A stretch of DNA of 64,000 nucleotides from Eledone cirrhosa (Eukaryota). Numbering within the stretch: the first letter of the stretch is position 1; each line of letters starts with the position of its first letter. The translations under genes and the position numbers were made by a program. Positions 62,728 to 64,000 of this stretch are shown piece after piece. Below the pieces are notes generated by a model. That model did not search any database. It was not told the DNA's origin and saw only the letters and a program-made list of their open reading frames with translations. Location of the stretch: positions 38,626,001-38,690,000 of the forward strand of contig OZ024742.1 of the NCBI GenBank assembly GCA_964016885.1. Direction: 5' to 3'.

Positions 62728-63734
62728 CATAGACATATATGTGTGTGTGTATTATGCTCATAATCACACGTTGGAAACAACTGTCATTTTAATTTAACTT
62801 CAACGCTTATAGAATTTTACCTGCTTCAGATTTATATAGAACACATGCCTTTCGGTTAGGGCAAAAGAATGATATATTTCCACGCACTCAATAGAATAAC
62901 TGAGTCTACTGGAGTTTACAGTTTGAAAAAAACAAACAACAAAAACAAAACCATTTGAGGAGCGGGTTGGGTCTGAGGAGGAACCCCCACCTAGATTTCT
63001 GATATAAAAATATTTTTTAGTAGAATCGTAACCTCTAATGTTTAACCACCCCCTCCTCAAGTTAAAAACGAATCTGACCATTAAATTTTTCCCCCTAAAA
63101 TTATTTCTTTCTGACTGTATATGCAAGTATATCAGAATTACTCGTTGTTAGGCTGGTATTTTATATTATCGATCTATATGAAGCGTGAAAAGCTAAATCA
63201 ACTTGAACTTAGACCGAGAAATTTTATTTACATAAATACACAATTTATATAATGATTATCATTTCAAATAGAAACAAATCAATAGAAATTACTCCGAGAA
63301 AGTGTCAGAGAGGACGAAATCAGTCTGTTGGTATGGAAATATGGAATAACCTGCGACCTCCTCAATTATGAACTAATATCCAAAATAAGTATATAAACAC
63401 TGAAACCAATCCTATTAAGTACTCAAATGTAGTCTGTAGTACATTATCCCTGAAACTAAAGATAACATTGTCATAGGTCAGTTCAACTAGATTATACGAT
63501 GTCACATTAAAAGAAAGAAGAAAAAAGCAATAACAAGTCACTAGAATATAGAAAAGGATGTCATAACTCGAAATTCAATTATCTTCTGTTAACACTGTTT
63601 ACAACATCAGGACACGTGTTAACAGGAACAATGAATGTTACGAAGGACATTAAAAGCGAAGATTCAAATAACTAGGATAATGCAAGTGATAGACGTAAGT
63701 GATAGACGGAATGTAAACCAGGAAATTAATCTTC

Positions 63735-63779
63735 TCCGGATACGAAAGATCGCCTTATAGGCGATCTTTCGTATCCGGA
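63735..63779. repeat. Perfect 21-bp inverted repeat with 3-nt loop
   Basis: TCCGGATACGAAAGATCGCCT-TAT-AGGCGATCTTTCGTATCCGGA. Confidence 0.97.
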
Positions 63780-63805
63780 TACACTCCCTGGATGGATATA
63801 TATAA

Positions 63806-63920
63806 AGTGACAATAAGAATTACAGGTTTTTGTAAACTTTATTACATTTCCATATTGATCAGCTAGGGTTTGATCATGCGATCGGATCCCGACTGTTAAT
63901 CGACAATTCTTATTGTCACT
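63806..63920. mobile_element. Small TA-flanked MITE-like element
   Basis: Perfect 16-bp inverted repeats AGTGACAATAAGAATT / AATTCTTATTGTCACT within (TA)n flanks. Confidence 0.6.
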
Positions 63921-64000
63921 ATATATACACTCTGCAAATAAAACCACCTCAAAGCTAGTAACTTAGTAACAACAAATTACCCACTTATAACTAATGTGTG

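Noticed and set aside
62500-64000. First coding exon of SPT2 (expected MDF...)
   Set aside because: I found no convincing ATG-initiated, phase-0 exon; it probably lies beyond the window.

Overview
Eukaryotic, AT-rich, repeat-dense genomic DNA. The SINE/RTE/MITE landscape looks like an octopus (coleoid cephalopod) genome; this species call is an inference from repeat recognition. The window holds two convergent, intron-rich genes. On the + strand are the last 21 coding exons of DDB1 (1126-37008, 5' part outside the window). Its intron 33803-34617 is U12-type, and its intron 13633-26475 carries an ~11 kb array of 46/48-bp tandem repeats. On the - strand are five coding exons of an SPT2/SPTY2D1 histone-chaperone homolog (62487-54105, first exon not found in the window). 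The rest is RTE, CR1-like and Penelope-like retroelement fragments, tRNA-derived SINEs, TTAA-flanked and TA-flanked MITEs, microsatellites and several near-perfect hairpins. The most unusual signal is the intronic array: nearly every monomer, read on the DDB1 sense strand, carries UGUA, AAUAAA, a CA and a GU-rich tract, and can fold into a GUAA-tetraloop hairpin. The many minus-strand ORFs in 14-25 kb are artefacts of this array. No CRISPR array, rRNA or intact tRNA gene was seen.
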